From Mustelus asterias (Eukaryota): a stretch of DNA of 64,000 nt. Below the pieces are notes generated by a model. That model had not been told where the DNA came from. It searched no databases and was given only the letters and a program-made list of their open reading frames with translations. The stretch spans positions 1 through 64,000 of the forward strand of contig NW_027590511.1 of NCBI RefSeq assembly GCF_964213995.1, given 5' to 3'. Below, piece after piece: positions 23,051-35,900 of this stretch. The first letter of the stretch is position 1; each line of letters starts with the position of its first letter. The translations under genes and the position numbers were made by a program.

Positions 23051-24134
23051 GTCTCTATTTGGCTGATTCAGTCTGGAAAAGCACACTCACTCCACACATA
23101 CTCACCCATTCACACAGTAAGTGGAAGTGACAAGTGAGCACAATACGGAGCGCGGGCTAAGGGTTGGAAAAACATTTAAATCTTTCGCAATCAGTCGCAA
23201 TTGAATAATTCACCCTACTCAATGAGGGAAACCTGTAAAAACTCAAGAAATATGACACAATCCAGGGCAAAGCCACCCACAAGATTATCCGCCCCCTCAT
23301 TCACCCTATTCGCTCTCTCCATCACTAACAAGCAGTGACAGCAGTGTGTGTTATATACAAGATGCACTGCAGCAACTCACCAAGGCTCCATAGTAAACAC
23401 TGTCCAAACCCGTTGCCTTTATATCCTAACAGGATAAGGGCAGCAGCCACATATGAAGACTACCACCTGCAAGCTCCCCTCCAAGACACACACCATCCTG
23501 ACTTGAAACAATACCTCAGTTCCTTCTGGGTCAAAATCCTGGAACTTCCACCTAACAGCACGGCGGATGCCTGCAGCATATGGATTGCAGTTATTCAAGG
23601 ATGCTTTATATCAACACTTTCTCAAGGAACAATTATTGATGATTAAAACTTCTGGCCGAGCAAATGACTCTAAAATGGGTTTAGAAGATTAAAAATAAGA
23701 TGCAAATGAATTTGACCCTTCAACTGTCATACCAAACAGGTCATGGACTGCTTTACTACGGAGCACAATATAGTAAATCTCACTTTGCATTTGCTCATCG
23801 AACATTCCCAAGGCCGGTACATCACTGGTTAAAAATCATCCAAATCTCCCTCTACAATCTGACGTTTCTGCTCTCTCTGATGGTCACAATATGCTTTAGG
23901 GATCTCATTTCTGAGACGCCGAGCCAAACATCAAGTCAAACTGTCACATTTCTCACAGATACAAGTTTATTGAAGAAATAAATCAAATTTCACTCCCTGA
24001 AATACAGCAGAAGGAACCAGAAGTTTTACAACCAGTCAGGCAGATTCCTGGTCCCAACACAGTGACCACGCGCGCAGAAACAGAACAGACACAAACGGTG
24101 CAACAATCGATTTCCCAGCAGGTAGGTATGATCA

Positions 24135-25700
24135 ATCTGTCAATTTAATTCAAACTGTTTGATTCTAATTGATCAATGATCAATTTGCAACAGAAAATCA
24201 ATAACCTCTTTTAAATAAAACTGATATTCATTTCAAAACTCCTGTCGATTTTAAATTAAGTCTCTCTGTCTGTCTCACTTCTCGAAAACTATGTAAAAAT
24301 GTAATTTCGCTGAAAATTAGGAATCAAAAATAACAGATTCAGGACAGTTCAATGTCCCCGACAGAGATACAGTGACACAGTAAGGATTAAATAAACCAAG
24401 AAACATTTACATTGAAAATCATTACCTGATTCGATCGAATTTCTTAATTAAATGTAATCAACAAAATATTCGAGATAAAACACCTTATCGAGCTAAGCAT
24501 AGCTGATGAAAGAAAGGTTTTGTCTCTTAATTCATTTTCGATACAATTAAACATTCTCTGAAACGGATGATACTTTGCACGCCCGTGCATTATTCAAGGT
24601 ATTTTGTTTTGAATTAATTAGCACCAATATTATATTTTGTTTTGTTAATTGCCGGTTACTTTTCCTGTTAGCTGATTTGTACTCCCTAATAAAATCAGTT
24701 TTCAATCATTCAAAACTTTCCCTGCCTCGAACATTGTGAAGTAATTAGGTTCCAATTAAATCTTAAACAATAAACTTCAAATTACTGAATGGAAAAATTC
24801 AGACATCTGTAATTCATTTGCTTAAATCGAATAACATTGTCATGTTTTTTCATTTCCACTTTTACTCCAAATGCCTTATTATAACCTGCAAACGTGTTAA
24901 GAATGCATGTTTCTGAATTTGTATATACTGTAACGGCCTGGCAGTTTGAGGTCAATGAAGCTGCTTCCTAGATTTAATAATTTGGACCATCCATATAATT
25001 TAATTACTGAACATATTGTTTAAATTAAGAAGTTCTGAATTAAACAATGAAAAACACAATGAGGACAATTGATTCAAATCCTCTGCAACACTGAAACATG
25101 ATGCACAAAATAAGTCGAGACTTTTTCTTCAGTATAATATTTAATACTAATTAAACATAATGCTCAAATAGAATCAATTCTTCCATTCTGTCATTTATTC
25201 ATCCAATAATTCTATTCTATGTTCAGCAGTAATGGGAGACAGGATGTGATTATTAAATGCAGAGCAAATATTACTAATATAAAAATATTATAATATTATA
25301 AAAATTAATTATTTGAATTTCAAGTATTAAATTGCAAATCTCTAGCCAGTTTCTGTTGACACCTTACGACAATTCAAACACCATTATATGAACAATTGTT
25401 TAGTGTTAGCGAATTCCACCTGTCAGAAAACTGTGTTCACTCTGTCACATTTATTTAAACTGCGGGATTCTAATTGATCAATTTTCAAACTACAACAAAA
25501 ATCAATAACTTCTTTTAAATTAAACTGATATTCATTTCAAAATTCCCTTCGACTTTTAACTATTTCTCCCTGTCTATCTCAAATTTCGAAAACTAGGCAA
25601 AAAAAATATTTTTTTTCTGAAAATGAGCACATCAGATATAACAGATCCAGGATAGTGTAATGTCCCTAACAGAGATACAGGGACGCAGTAAGAATTGTAA
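24135..25700. repeat. About 255-bp direct duplication in the J-C intron (24135-24390 vs 25443-25697)
   Basis: Shared gattctaattgatcaat...aactgatattcatttcaaaa...cagagatacag...cagtaag. Confidence 0.85.
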
Positions 25701-25847
25701 TTCATGATTTACTTTAATCTGCAAGCATCAGTTAACATGAATAAAATGCTCAAATACATATTTGTTTTATTTTTTCCGATACCAGTTTGTTTTATCCTGA
25801 CAAGGATGTTTAAACGCAGTTTGTTTTTTTCATTTAGCTCGAAAAAC

Positions 25848-27720
25848 TGTAACCGCTCAGGATCACCGAGTTGAAACAATACAGAAACAATTGAGAAACA
25901 CCAAACCATTTCACAAATTTTGGGATGAGATTAGTGATTAATTACCTCTGCATCCAACTACAAATTACTTGGAAGGAATGCTGCGCCTGCACAGAAACAA
26001 TGTAATAATCGGGCACAAAAATTGCCAAATAGCGTTTTATTGCCAATTATTCTCCAAAACTCAGATTTAAGTGAATGCGAACTTCATCGGGGATATAACA
26101 ATTAATGCAAAGTATCTTGTTGAACTGAGCGCTGCTGTGGAAACAGCATGTTATCATGGAAATAGTTTCTGGAATTATCACAAAATATTTCCAGCCGAGA
26201 AACCTTTCTGGTCATGTTAATTGTATGCAAAGCACAGCAGAACTATTAACGCCGATTAATGCGAAATGATATTAATGGAAAATAATCTTTTGTGAATATG
26301 TAGTTATGTTACCGATTAATAACAGTTTGATTTATATTAATTTTACTATCAAACTTGTTAACGAGAAGTTTCTTTTTGCAGCAACTACTTAGTGTCCGAT
26401 TGAGCGTTGTAAGACATGATTTATTTTAATTTCTAAGTTAGTTAAAATTTATTAAAATGCTGTAATACCTTTATTTTATTTATTTCACAACCTGCTTATT
26501 TTCTCCCTACAAGGATTTTCAAACTCATAGATTATTTGCATTTAACCAGAAAACGTGTAACCGCTCACTGCCACCGAGTTTAAACAATGCAGAAACACCA
26601 AAACATTTCACACATTTTAAACATTCTTAGTGACCCAACAACAGAACCTCCTCAACAGAAACACACCAAAACACATCAATGAGGGAATGAATCCGTTTCA
26701 CGGGGACGCAACTCAATTATCCATTCAACAAAATCAAAAATATGATTGCAAGGAAATCTCAATATTCAATCCGGCAAACCAGCTCGTCACCAAATATATG
26801 AATGATTGAACTAAACAGAAATTTGGAATAAGAGCAATAGCATTGCGAGGAGGTGGAATATGTCCAACAAATTAAAATTGAAATTTTACCACATTCTATT
26901 CATATTGGGTCATATTTCAAACAGATTTCAAACATATTAAAATATTGGGTGGGTAAAAGCTGCAGCCGTCAGATGCCACCGAGGTTAAACATGGCATGTA
27001 TCCCAAATTGTGAATGCTGTGGTAAACTATGTTTTGGACGAGTGGCATAAACCATGGTTTGGTTTAACCTGCAATTATCAGCTACGATTTAAAAAAATAC
27101 AAATACAATAAAGCCTGCCTGATTTCTGTCTGCAGGCACGCGTCAAGTAGTTTAAAACCCGCAGACTGTTTGTATTCAATCACAAAGTGTGTAACAGCTC
27201 AGTGTCACCGAGTGGAAACAATGCAGAATCTCCGAACCATTTCACAAATTTTACTTATTCAAAGTCACCCAGCCAGACAACCTCCTCACCAGAAACACGC
27301 AGCACTGAGGGACTGAACCCCGGTTCATGCAGAAGCAGCTCAATTCTACAAACAGTTGCAACAGAATCAAATTTCACATTGGCAGAAAATCTCAATTTAA
27401 AATCCAGCCAATCTGACCATCACCAAAGCAACTAATGATTAAAATAAGCACAACAATGAGATAACAAAACCAGATTGTGATTAAGCGGAACATGTTCGCA
27501 ACATTAAAGTAGAAACTTTAACACATTTTGTTAATATTGGGTTAGATTTCAAACACTTGTGCAGTAGATGGTGCAACTCGCAGCCACTAGATGTCACCGA
27601 GATTAAACATTGAAGAAACGCCGAACTGTTTAACAAAAGGAATGCATTTAAAGTAACCCAGCCACACAATGTCCTCAGCAGATAAACACCAAATCACAAC
27701 AAGAGACTGAATCACTCAGT
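25848..27720. repeat. Degenerate repeats just 3' of JH
   Basis: Core TGTAACCGCTCAxTGTCACCGAGTTxAAACAATGCAGAA at about 25848, 26556 and 27190; partial copies at about 26970 and 27590. Confidence 0.8.
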
Positions 27721-27913
27721 ATCGCCTTTTGTCAATTAACAGTAGAATTCTATAACCCCCATTTTAAGCAGGATCACATGAAACATTGTAAAGATTTTCA
27801 GCACAGAATCCACCAAACTATATTACATTGAACGAATGAATTAATAAAATCGAGAAAAAGTAAAAAACAAAAACTCAAATAAAACACTGACTAAATAAAT
27901 GCATGGTTCTTAC

Positions 27914-27961
27914 CTGCAGTCACCGTCACCATGGTCCCTTGTCCCCAGTAGCCCATGGCGT
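27914..27961 (-). CDS. IGHJ: JH segment AMGYWGQGTMVTVTA
   Basis: WGxG motif; G|GTAAGA donor; flanked by a 23-RSS. Confidence 0.97.
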
Positions 27962-28000
27962 CACAGTGTCACATTCTCTAGGCTGGGTCATACAATAACC
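27962..28000 (+). other. JH 23-RSS
   Basis: CACAGTG (27962-27968) + 23 nt + ACAATAACC (27992-28000). Confidence 0.95.
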
Positions 28001-28327
28001 ATCTCTGCACAAAATAGACAGAAATCCATCAGTATTTTAAAAATTCACAAGCCAGAGGGAAAGCAAATCACTGCATGTTCATGAAATTATTATTGCACTG
28101 GTGGATACCGTTCGCTCTTCGTAAATAACCTTAATGTTTTATATTTCATAGAGGATCACATGATCAAGTTACTGAAAACACCAACTGATAATCAAATAGT
28201 TATCATAAATTTTCCATATTAATTCTCGCTATTTGTGTAGTGCTGGGACATAAATAATACAGCACTGTAAACAATGCTGGATTGGAAAACAGAGCACTGC
28301 CCCAGTCTCGGTCAATTAGTGCTGAGG

Positions 28328-28395
28328 GGTTTTTGTATTGACAGTAACTGCTGTGCCACCCAGTTATCACAGTGAGACACAGCATGACAAATACT
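28328..28395 (-). other. DH segment (D2-type) ATAACTGGGTGG at 28356-28367, flanked by two 12-RSS
   Basis: J side: CACAGCA+12+ACAAAAACC (28355-28328, minus strand). V side: CACAGTG+12+ACAAATACT (28368-28395, plus strand). Confidence 0.95.
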
Positions 28396-28694
28396 GTGCC
28401 CGACTGCTAACTGTTTAATTTCACTGCTGTCTCAAAAATCTGATTCTGCCTCATCCACGAGCGAATGAGTGAGATATTTCAGCTTGTCCTGGTCATTGTA
28501 TTTATAAAGGGGATCGGAATGCTTTTAAACTCTCTGTGTAGATTTAGCATATCGGTAAATATAGATTTTATGGGAAGATTTTTATACCTTTTCACAAACT
28601 AATATTACTTCCACACATTATTTCACTGAAGCTCGTTTACTTTGAAACTCCTGCTGTGGTACTGATCACCAATTTGAGCAATCTCTTTCCATGA

Positions 28695-28732
28695 GGTTTT
28701 TGTATGAGGATGTCGCTGTGCTCAGCACTGTG
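28695..28732 (-). other. 22-bp-spacer RSS following VH(D1)
   Basis: CACAGTG (28732-28726) + CTGAGCACAGCGACATCCTCAT (22 nt) + ACAAAAACC (28703-28695). Confidence 0.95.
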
Positions 28733-29043
28733 ATCCCACTGTAGTGCACAGTAATAGATGGCGGTGTCTTCGGTCTTCAGCCTTGTCATCTCCAAAGAGA
28801 AGATTTTGGTTGAAGTGTCTTTAGACGCACTAAATCGATCCTTAATTGCTGGGGCGTAGCTGTTGCTGGATGAACTATAGTAGCGAACCAGCCACTCCAA
28901 CCCCTGTCCTGGAACCTGTCGGATCCAGTACATGTTATAGCTGCTAAGATCGAAGCCGCTGGTTTTACAGGTCAGTGTCAGGGAGCCTCTGGGACGCCCG
29001 GTCTCTGCCTCTGGCTGAGTCAACACAACCTCCGACTGGACAC
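28733..29043 (-). CDS. IGHV: IgM VH exon (28745-29043), fused in frame to a D1-like 12-mer (28733-28744)
   Basis: [104 protein letters not shown]; canonical Cys/Trp/Cys. Confidence 0.96.
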
Positions 29044-29174
29044 CTGTAAAAATAGTTGAAAAAACACGAGGATTAATCCTGGTGTAATGATTTTTGACTC
29101 GGGAATATTACAGAGATGGACTAAAACTGAGACAGTAACTGTGGGAGACTTAGACAATGAAAATAACTACTCAC

Positions 29175-29220
29175 CGGATAAGAAAGTCAGCAACAAACTG
29201 AGAGAAATCGCCGACCTCAT
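29175..29220 (-). CDS. IGHV: VH leader exon MRSAISLSLLLTFLS(G)
   Basis: ATG at 29220; hydrophobic signal peptide; G|GTGAGT donor; 131-nt intron to the V exon. Confidence 0.95.
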
Positions 29221-29310
29221 CCTTCTGGTGATTTGGGGGAAATGGTTGTGTCAGGAACTCAGTGAACAAACCAACTCCCGGACTGTTGGATTCCGGTCCC
29301 AGTGAGCGGC

Positions 29311-29385
29311 ATTTAAATACCCGGCAGAAGGGGGCGGCTTTCCAGGCGCCGCCTGTTGATTCCCTGCTGGAGGCGGCGACTGGAT
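29311..29385 (-). promoter_or_regulatory. VH promoter: TATA-like TATTTAAAT plus GC boxes, no octamer
   Basis: TATTTAAAT at 29319-29311, about 90 nt upstream of the ATG; GCCGCC/GGGGCGG boxes upstream. Confidence 0.65.
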
Positions 29386-32269
29386 CCAGGTCCTACCTTC
29401 CACACCCCCAACAGAATGGACTTCCAGATTTACAATAGGTTAATATTAAAATGGGCATTTTATCTGTGTCGGGATATTTGTTTGGCTGAGTATGTTCATT
29501 GTATTGTCTCCATTATTTCTGATGGTGATATTGCAGTTCATCATTTCTTTATTTAAATAACTGATTCCATTGTAAATATGGTGATTTTATTACCACGCCG
29601 CCAAGAAGAACACAAATCTGAAAATGATGAAATAACGTTTTTGGAAAATAAAGAGACCGTCAGTCTGTGTTGCGACAATTCCGGGTCTCTGTCACATCAC
29701 AATAATAAAGCATCATTTATCAGAAGAATTCTTATCGATTTCTGTAACTGAATGCGGAGTATGAACAAAGTGATTCTATTTACAGTGAGGATGGCTTTCA
29801 CTGTACAATTTGGGTTTGGAGATGAGAAGAAACTCTCACACAATACAATGTTTCTCCTTATATTTGTCAAACTGCACAATCTCGAAGACAGCCCTTTGAA
29901 AATAATAAGAATCCCGCCTTCCTGATAACTAAGTAGTGAGTTGACAGAGAAACATAAATTTAACATCGACTTTTGACAGAGAAGCTAATGAATCGGAACG
30001 GACACCGAGATCATTAAAGTTCTCCTTCAGCATCCAAATCGTGGCAACTCACTCTATTGGCCACCGGCTGTCTAATATTCATTGGTATTGGGAACACAAG
30101 ATATCAGGGCTTTGCTGCACATTGCACAATATCACAAGAATAAATGTTTTACCTTCCATTGAATCAGGTTATGAACTGATCATTTCTCCACTCATTGCAG
30201 CTATGAGAGGAATTCTTCAATAACAGGAATCAGATTATACTGTACAATAGAACACGGTGTAAATCAGGTACAAGAGACGCTGCTGTTTAAATAGGGGGCA
30301 AAACTTTCAGAATATTCCAGGAATCCCTGTTGTTCATGTCAGTTTTATGATGTTCTTTTAATATTATTTCGATGCATTTTTGCCATTGCTCTGATCTCAA
30401 TTGACTGGGGAATTGGGACCATCAACATCTCTCTCTCGCATTTCATGAAGTGGTTAATAAACAGACTTTAATTATTGGAATGACATTTACTTGGAAGTTA
30501 TACAAATGAAAAATCATCTGGTCACTTTACTGTTTTGCGATGCTATTTACTCACATAATGAACAGGACATTGAATGAAAATATTTGATTAGAATGATTAC
30601 GATTTAAAATGTGTCTTTCTTGTGGGAATGAAACGTTTATTGTTTAAATGGCTGAATCCCATTTTGTCCATTCAGGTTCACACTAATCTGACCCACACAG
30701 TATTTGGCAGCAATCCAGCCTGCTGTCAAATGCTCAAAGTTATTGACAGGAAGCATCTGGGGGTGTTTGTGCAGTAGATCTGTTTCCTCAGTACTGACCG
30801 CTTGGCTGCAAGCCAACTTCAAGCCCTTCACATTGTCAATGAGCCCTATTTATAAAGAAATCTACCCAGCAACAGTACTGGAGGCAATTTAATATTTTAA
30901 GTTGTAAGTCTATATGGATTTTACCCATCTCTCAAGAATGACAATTTATGCAGCTTCTCTGACACCCTGTTAGCAACAATGATGATTTTTCCAACACATC
31001 AGGATATTGTCATGGATGGATCGAAAGAATTACAGGCAGACTGAGAGATGACTCAGGGAGACGTTACATGTTGTAATACATGAACTTGTATGCTTGTGTA
31101 TTCTTTCCCTATCTCGTTCCATGATTTGTTTGAGTTGTTGGAACGACGAGTACATTATGCCTGTCCCAAATTCCCTTGAACTGAATGGTTTTCTATGTCA
31201 CTTCTGAAGAGTCAACCATTTTGTGTCCGTCTGGAGTCACATTCTTGTGAGACCAGGGAGCGATGGCAGATTTCCCTCATTGGGGGATCAGAGAGGGTTC
31301 TATGGTCGCCATTAGAATGTATTCCATATTTATTAATTGAATTCAAATTCCACCAGCTTCCTCCGATTTAAATCGCTGTCCCTGTCCCATCATTGTCCTG
31401 GGCCTCTGGATCACTGGGCCAATTAAATTAATATTACGTCACCATCTGCGCAAACAATAAATGAATGACTGTCTTGATGCAGGAATGAATGACAGTTGAA
31501 TGAATGATAGTTGGATGCCTGAATATTTTGATTGAGGAATCAGTGAATGGATTGAAAGATGCACTGTTAAATGGTACTGAAAGATGTTGTTCTACATTCC
31601 CATATTTGTAGTTGACTGGTCCATAAATTGAAACAGCTCCTTTATCCCATTTCTGTCAGTCTAATAACGTCAATACTTCCAGAGGTTCTGGGAGAAATCC
31701 AACCCTAGTTTCTAGGGAGCTAGCAAGCTGATCCTCACGAAAAGAAGAGGGGATTTTCCTGCAGCACGGATGGTTCATTTCTCTGCTGATGCTGAATATT
31801 CATATCCAAGATCGAAAGAGGGAACATGATTTGGCTGAGGAGGGAGGTTTGTAATATTTGAAACATGTGCAGCAAATCACTCACCATGCCCTCACCCAAA
31901 TTAGTGAAGGTAACAAGCTGTAAAATAAATAATGTGGCAACAGATATGTTGTGAAACTCACTGGACAACGACAAGTGTTACATTATTTCCCAAAACTGTG
32001 TAATAATGAATCGGGATTTAAAGATTCAGTAAAATCATATTTGGTGCAGGTAGTTTAATTTGTATGATTACTTTGGAAATCATCACACCAGTTATGATTC
32101 AGGGGTTTAAAGCGCAGAGTCTGCTGGGTAGCTACTCATGATCCTCGGTCTGTATTCATTCAATTTCCAACTGAATTCTGGGACAGATTTTATCCTTGGT
32201 GACAAAAAGGTGTCAATAAATGTTAATATCAATAAATTATTCAAAGCAAAGTTGTATAGAAGGAAATAC

Positions 32270-32785
32270 TGGAAACAAACAGAAAATGCTGGAAAATCTC
32301 AGCAGGTCTGACAGCATCTGCGGAGACAGAATAGAGCCAACGTTTCGAGTTTGGATGACGCTTCGGCAGAGTATTCCTCATGCGTTGGAGAGATCATCAT
32401 TGTTTCTAACAAGCTGTCAGAGAAGCTGCATAACTTTCCTGTGAAATGGGAATAGTTCAAATAGATACTGTTTAATTATATGCACTATTTCGAGCCACAC
32501 ACAAGTTGCATCAATTTACATACCGATCCCGAAAATCATCAACTTCTCCATGCTAACTAACCTAATCAACATCTCAATCGCTAACCATATCCTAATCCCT
32601 TTCCACCTCATCATTTCCCAATGTCATCACCCTCTTCAATTTCCCTCAAATAAAAAAGAAGGGTCATCCCGACTCGAAACTTTGACTCTATTCTCTTTCC
32701 ACAGATGCTGTCTGACCTGTTGAGATTTTCGGAATTTATTGCTTTTGTTTCAGTTTCTAGAATCCGCAGTATTTTCCATTTATCA
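32270..32785. mobile_element. Penelope-like element relic with inverted ends
   Basis: aaaatgctggaaaatctcagcaggtctgacagcatctg at about 32285 and its reverse complement at about 32700; the same family inserted into the pseudo-V. Confidence 0.55.
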
Positions 32786-33232
32786 AAATGCTGAATACAA
32801 TTGGTGAAATAATTGTTTATCTGTATGAATTGATGTTAATTGGTGAATTGGAACAATCCCGGCTGGATATTCCCCTCCAAGACGCTTATAAACCTGACTT
32901 GGACATATGTTACCGCTCCTTTACTGTCGCTGGGTCGGAATCCATGAGAACCCTTCCTAACAGCACTGTGGGTGTACCTACACTGCAGATTGTGCAGCGG
33001 TTCAAGAAGGCGGCTAACCACCAGCAACTAGCAATGTGAAACAAATTATAGCTTAGGCAGTCGCCCACCTTCCATAAAGTAATTTTAAGTAGACTAACCT
33101 TTGTGAATGAATGAGAATTGGTGAATGCATTTATTAAATTGCGAATGGATGGTCATTGGTGAAAATAATTACTATCTTTCTGAACATTTATGACATTCTC
33201 CTTATTTGCTGGAAGATTTAAGGTTTGTAGTT

Positions 33233-33523
33233 TATTTATTAATGTCACAAGTAGGCTTACATTAACACTGCAATGAAGTCACTGTAAAATCCCTGAGTCG
33301 CCACACTGTAGCTTCTGTTCGGGTACACTGAGGGAGAATTTAGCCTGGCCAGTACACATTACCAGCATGCCTTTTCGGACTGTGCAGGAAACTGGACCAC
33401 CCAGAAGAAATCCACGCATAAACGGGGAGAAAGTACAGACTCCGCACAGACACTGACCCAAGCCGGGAACCAAACCAGTGGCCCTGGCAGTGTGAGGCAA
33501 CAGAGCTAACCACTGTGCCACCA
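33233..33523 (-). mobile_element. HE1-like V-SINE
   Basis: tRNA-like head ggtggcacagtggttagc, V-domain core, and tail acttcattgcagtgttaatgtaagcctacttgtgac. Confidence 0.85.
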
Positions 33524-35584
33524 TGTCACCCACAATTCCATAAGACATGCATAATTCAAATTTATCACACTTTTTGCAAAGTAAACCGATGGAAGAGACT
33601 ATTACAACTACCAACATATCTCAGTCATAACATCACGGGTAAGATCTTTGCTGGGGTCACACTTGAAATACATCATCTGCTTGCAGACCGGGTGTTCCTG
33701 ATGTGCAGTGTAGTGATTGTGTTGGAAGATTTACTCCAGCCAACAACTTCTCCATGTTCCATATATATCCATATCTTTAACGTACTTCGGCCAATCTCGC
33801 GAAGACGTTCAACACCGTCAGCAGGGCAAGGAATACAGGATTTTGGTGATAACTGGCTCTACACCAAAGCTCCTAATATCCATTCATGATACAAAAACAA
33901 TAACACACAATGACGAATGGTAGCTTAATGGGCAGCACTTGTGGCAGAACTAACTTTTCAAAAATTGGCCTCCTCAGTCATTAGAAAAGGTGACATATGT
34001 AAAGGAAGCCAATCTGAATTGGATGTGTTTATTGTGTGTCCATCATGTAGTGTAAATGGAAGGATGCAAGTGATCATTGTGGAATTAATTTGTATAAAAC
34101 ACGATGTATTTCACATAACACACACACACACCAAGATGCTCAATTTGGGTCCCGCACGGAGCACTCGATTCCAGAAATGATTTGGAAAGAGTCCAAATAT
34201 TGATTTAAAAACATAAATTAAAAAGGTGAATAGAGAGTGCCTGCCCTTGACATCGACACAGCGTCTGACCGTTTGTGGCATCAAGGACCCGAGCGAAACT
34301 GCAGTCAATGGGAATCAGGGGGAACAGAGTCCACTGCCTGAGTCATACTGAGCACAAAGGAAGATGGTTGTTGATGGTCAATCATGCCAGTCACACGCAT
34401 TGCTGCAGGATTTCTTCAGGTAGTGACCTCGCCCCAAGCTTCAGCCTTCATCAACGTTCAGAAGTGGGATTTTCACAGGTGATTGCACAAAGTTCCGCAC
34501 CAGTTGTGACTCCTCAGTTACTGACACAGTCTGTGTCCATATGCAGTAAGACTTAGAAAACATTCAGTCTTTGGATAATGAATGACAAGGAACATTCATG
34601 CACCACAAGTGGCAGGCAATGACAGTCTCCAATGAGGGAGATTCCAAACCACTCCCCATGACATTAAATGGCATTACCCATCGCTGAATTCGCCCATTAT
34701 CAACATCCTGGGAATTATAATTCGTGAAAATTTGAACGAAGACAGACGTTTAAATCATGTGGCCACACGAGCAGGTCAGACGCTCGGAGTTCTGCAGTGA
34801 ACAACGCACCTCCTGAATTCCAAACTCCTATCCATCATCTACAAGGCAAAAGGCTGGAGTATGAACAAATATCACAGAACAGTAAAGCACAGGAACAGGC
34901 CCTGCGGCCCACCAAATATGTGCCGACACAAATGATTGAATATTCTCTACTTGCCTGACTTGTGCCACTCAAAAGCTCAATGTCATTCTGGAGAAAGTAG
35001 CTGGCTCGAAGAACACCCCACCCACCAGCTTCCCAAAGCCTGCCGCCATATTCTCAAAGGAAATCATGGTTTGACAACAAAAGCTGACTTTCCCAGTGAC
35101 ATCAAATCACATGAAACGATTTTAAACATACCATATCTCTGCCTATATTCAGCTAGCTTCTGCGTCTGTCTATATTACAGTAGGCTGCGCCTGGATCACA
35201 TTCCAGGAGGTCATGTCTAAGCTTTTTCCTGCACTTGGCTCAATATCAGGTGTTCGTATATGAGACACAGGCCCTGTTTATATTATAATTTCTAAGTTAT
35301 GGCTGTACTGAGCCATGCTTCTGCTGATCCGACGAGAGGCCGTGTCTCAATTCTGACTGCCTCAGAACATTTGCCACTGCATACTAAACTGGAGCAACTG
35401 CTTCATGCATGACACATGGTTCTGTCACAGATATTATGCTAAGAGTTCATTAGATTTTGATAAACTCGATCCTGTTTACGTTAATGCTGCACCCGTCCAT
35501 GTGTTTATTTATTTAAGACTATGTCACGTCTCAGCTATAATTGCATTTTGCAATACCTCCTACTTGCTGCATTGTCCGTATCTC

Positions 35585-35900
35585 AGTACGTATCAGTCTA
35601 GGCCCTGTACCAGTAATTGTTACAAATAAACTGGGCTCTGTCTCAGTTTACATCAGTCTAGGTGCTGTATCAGTAATCATTACTAATACACTGGGCTCTG
35701 TCTCAGTTTACATCAGTCTAGGTGCTGTATCAGTAATCATTACTAATACACTGGACTCTGTCTCGGTTTACATCTGTCACTGTCCTGTATCTATTAGTAA
35801 TTATTATTAATGCACTTGACTCCGTCTCAGTCTAAAGAAATTTAGGTCCAGTTTCATTAATTACTGGGCTCTGTCTCAGTTTATATGCACAAGCTCCTAT
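35585..35900. repeat. Degenerate 60-bp tandem repeat
   Basis: CTGGGCTCTGTCTCAGTTTACATCAGTCTAGGTGCTGTATCAGTAATCATTACTAATACA occurs twice exactly (35631, 35691), with decayed flanking units. Confidence 0.85.

Noticed and set aside
16114-29220. IgW, IgNAR or a Cmu2-less IgM1gj-type gene
   Set aside because: Four C exons including Cmu2, a mu-type CH1 and tailpiece, a conventional VH, and J still unjoined.
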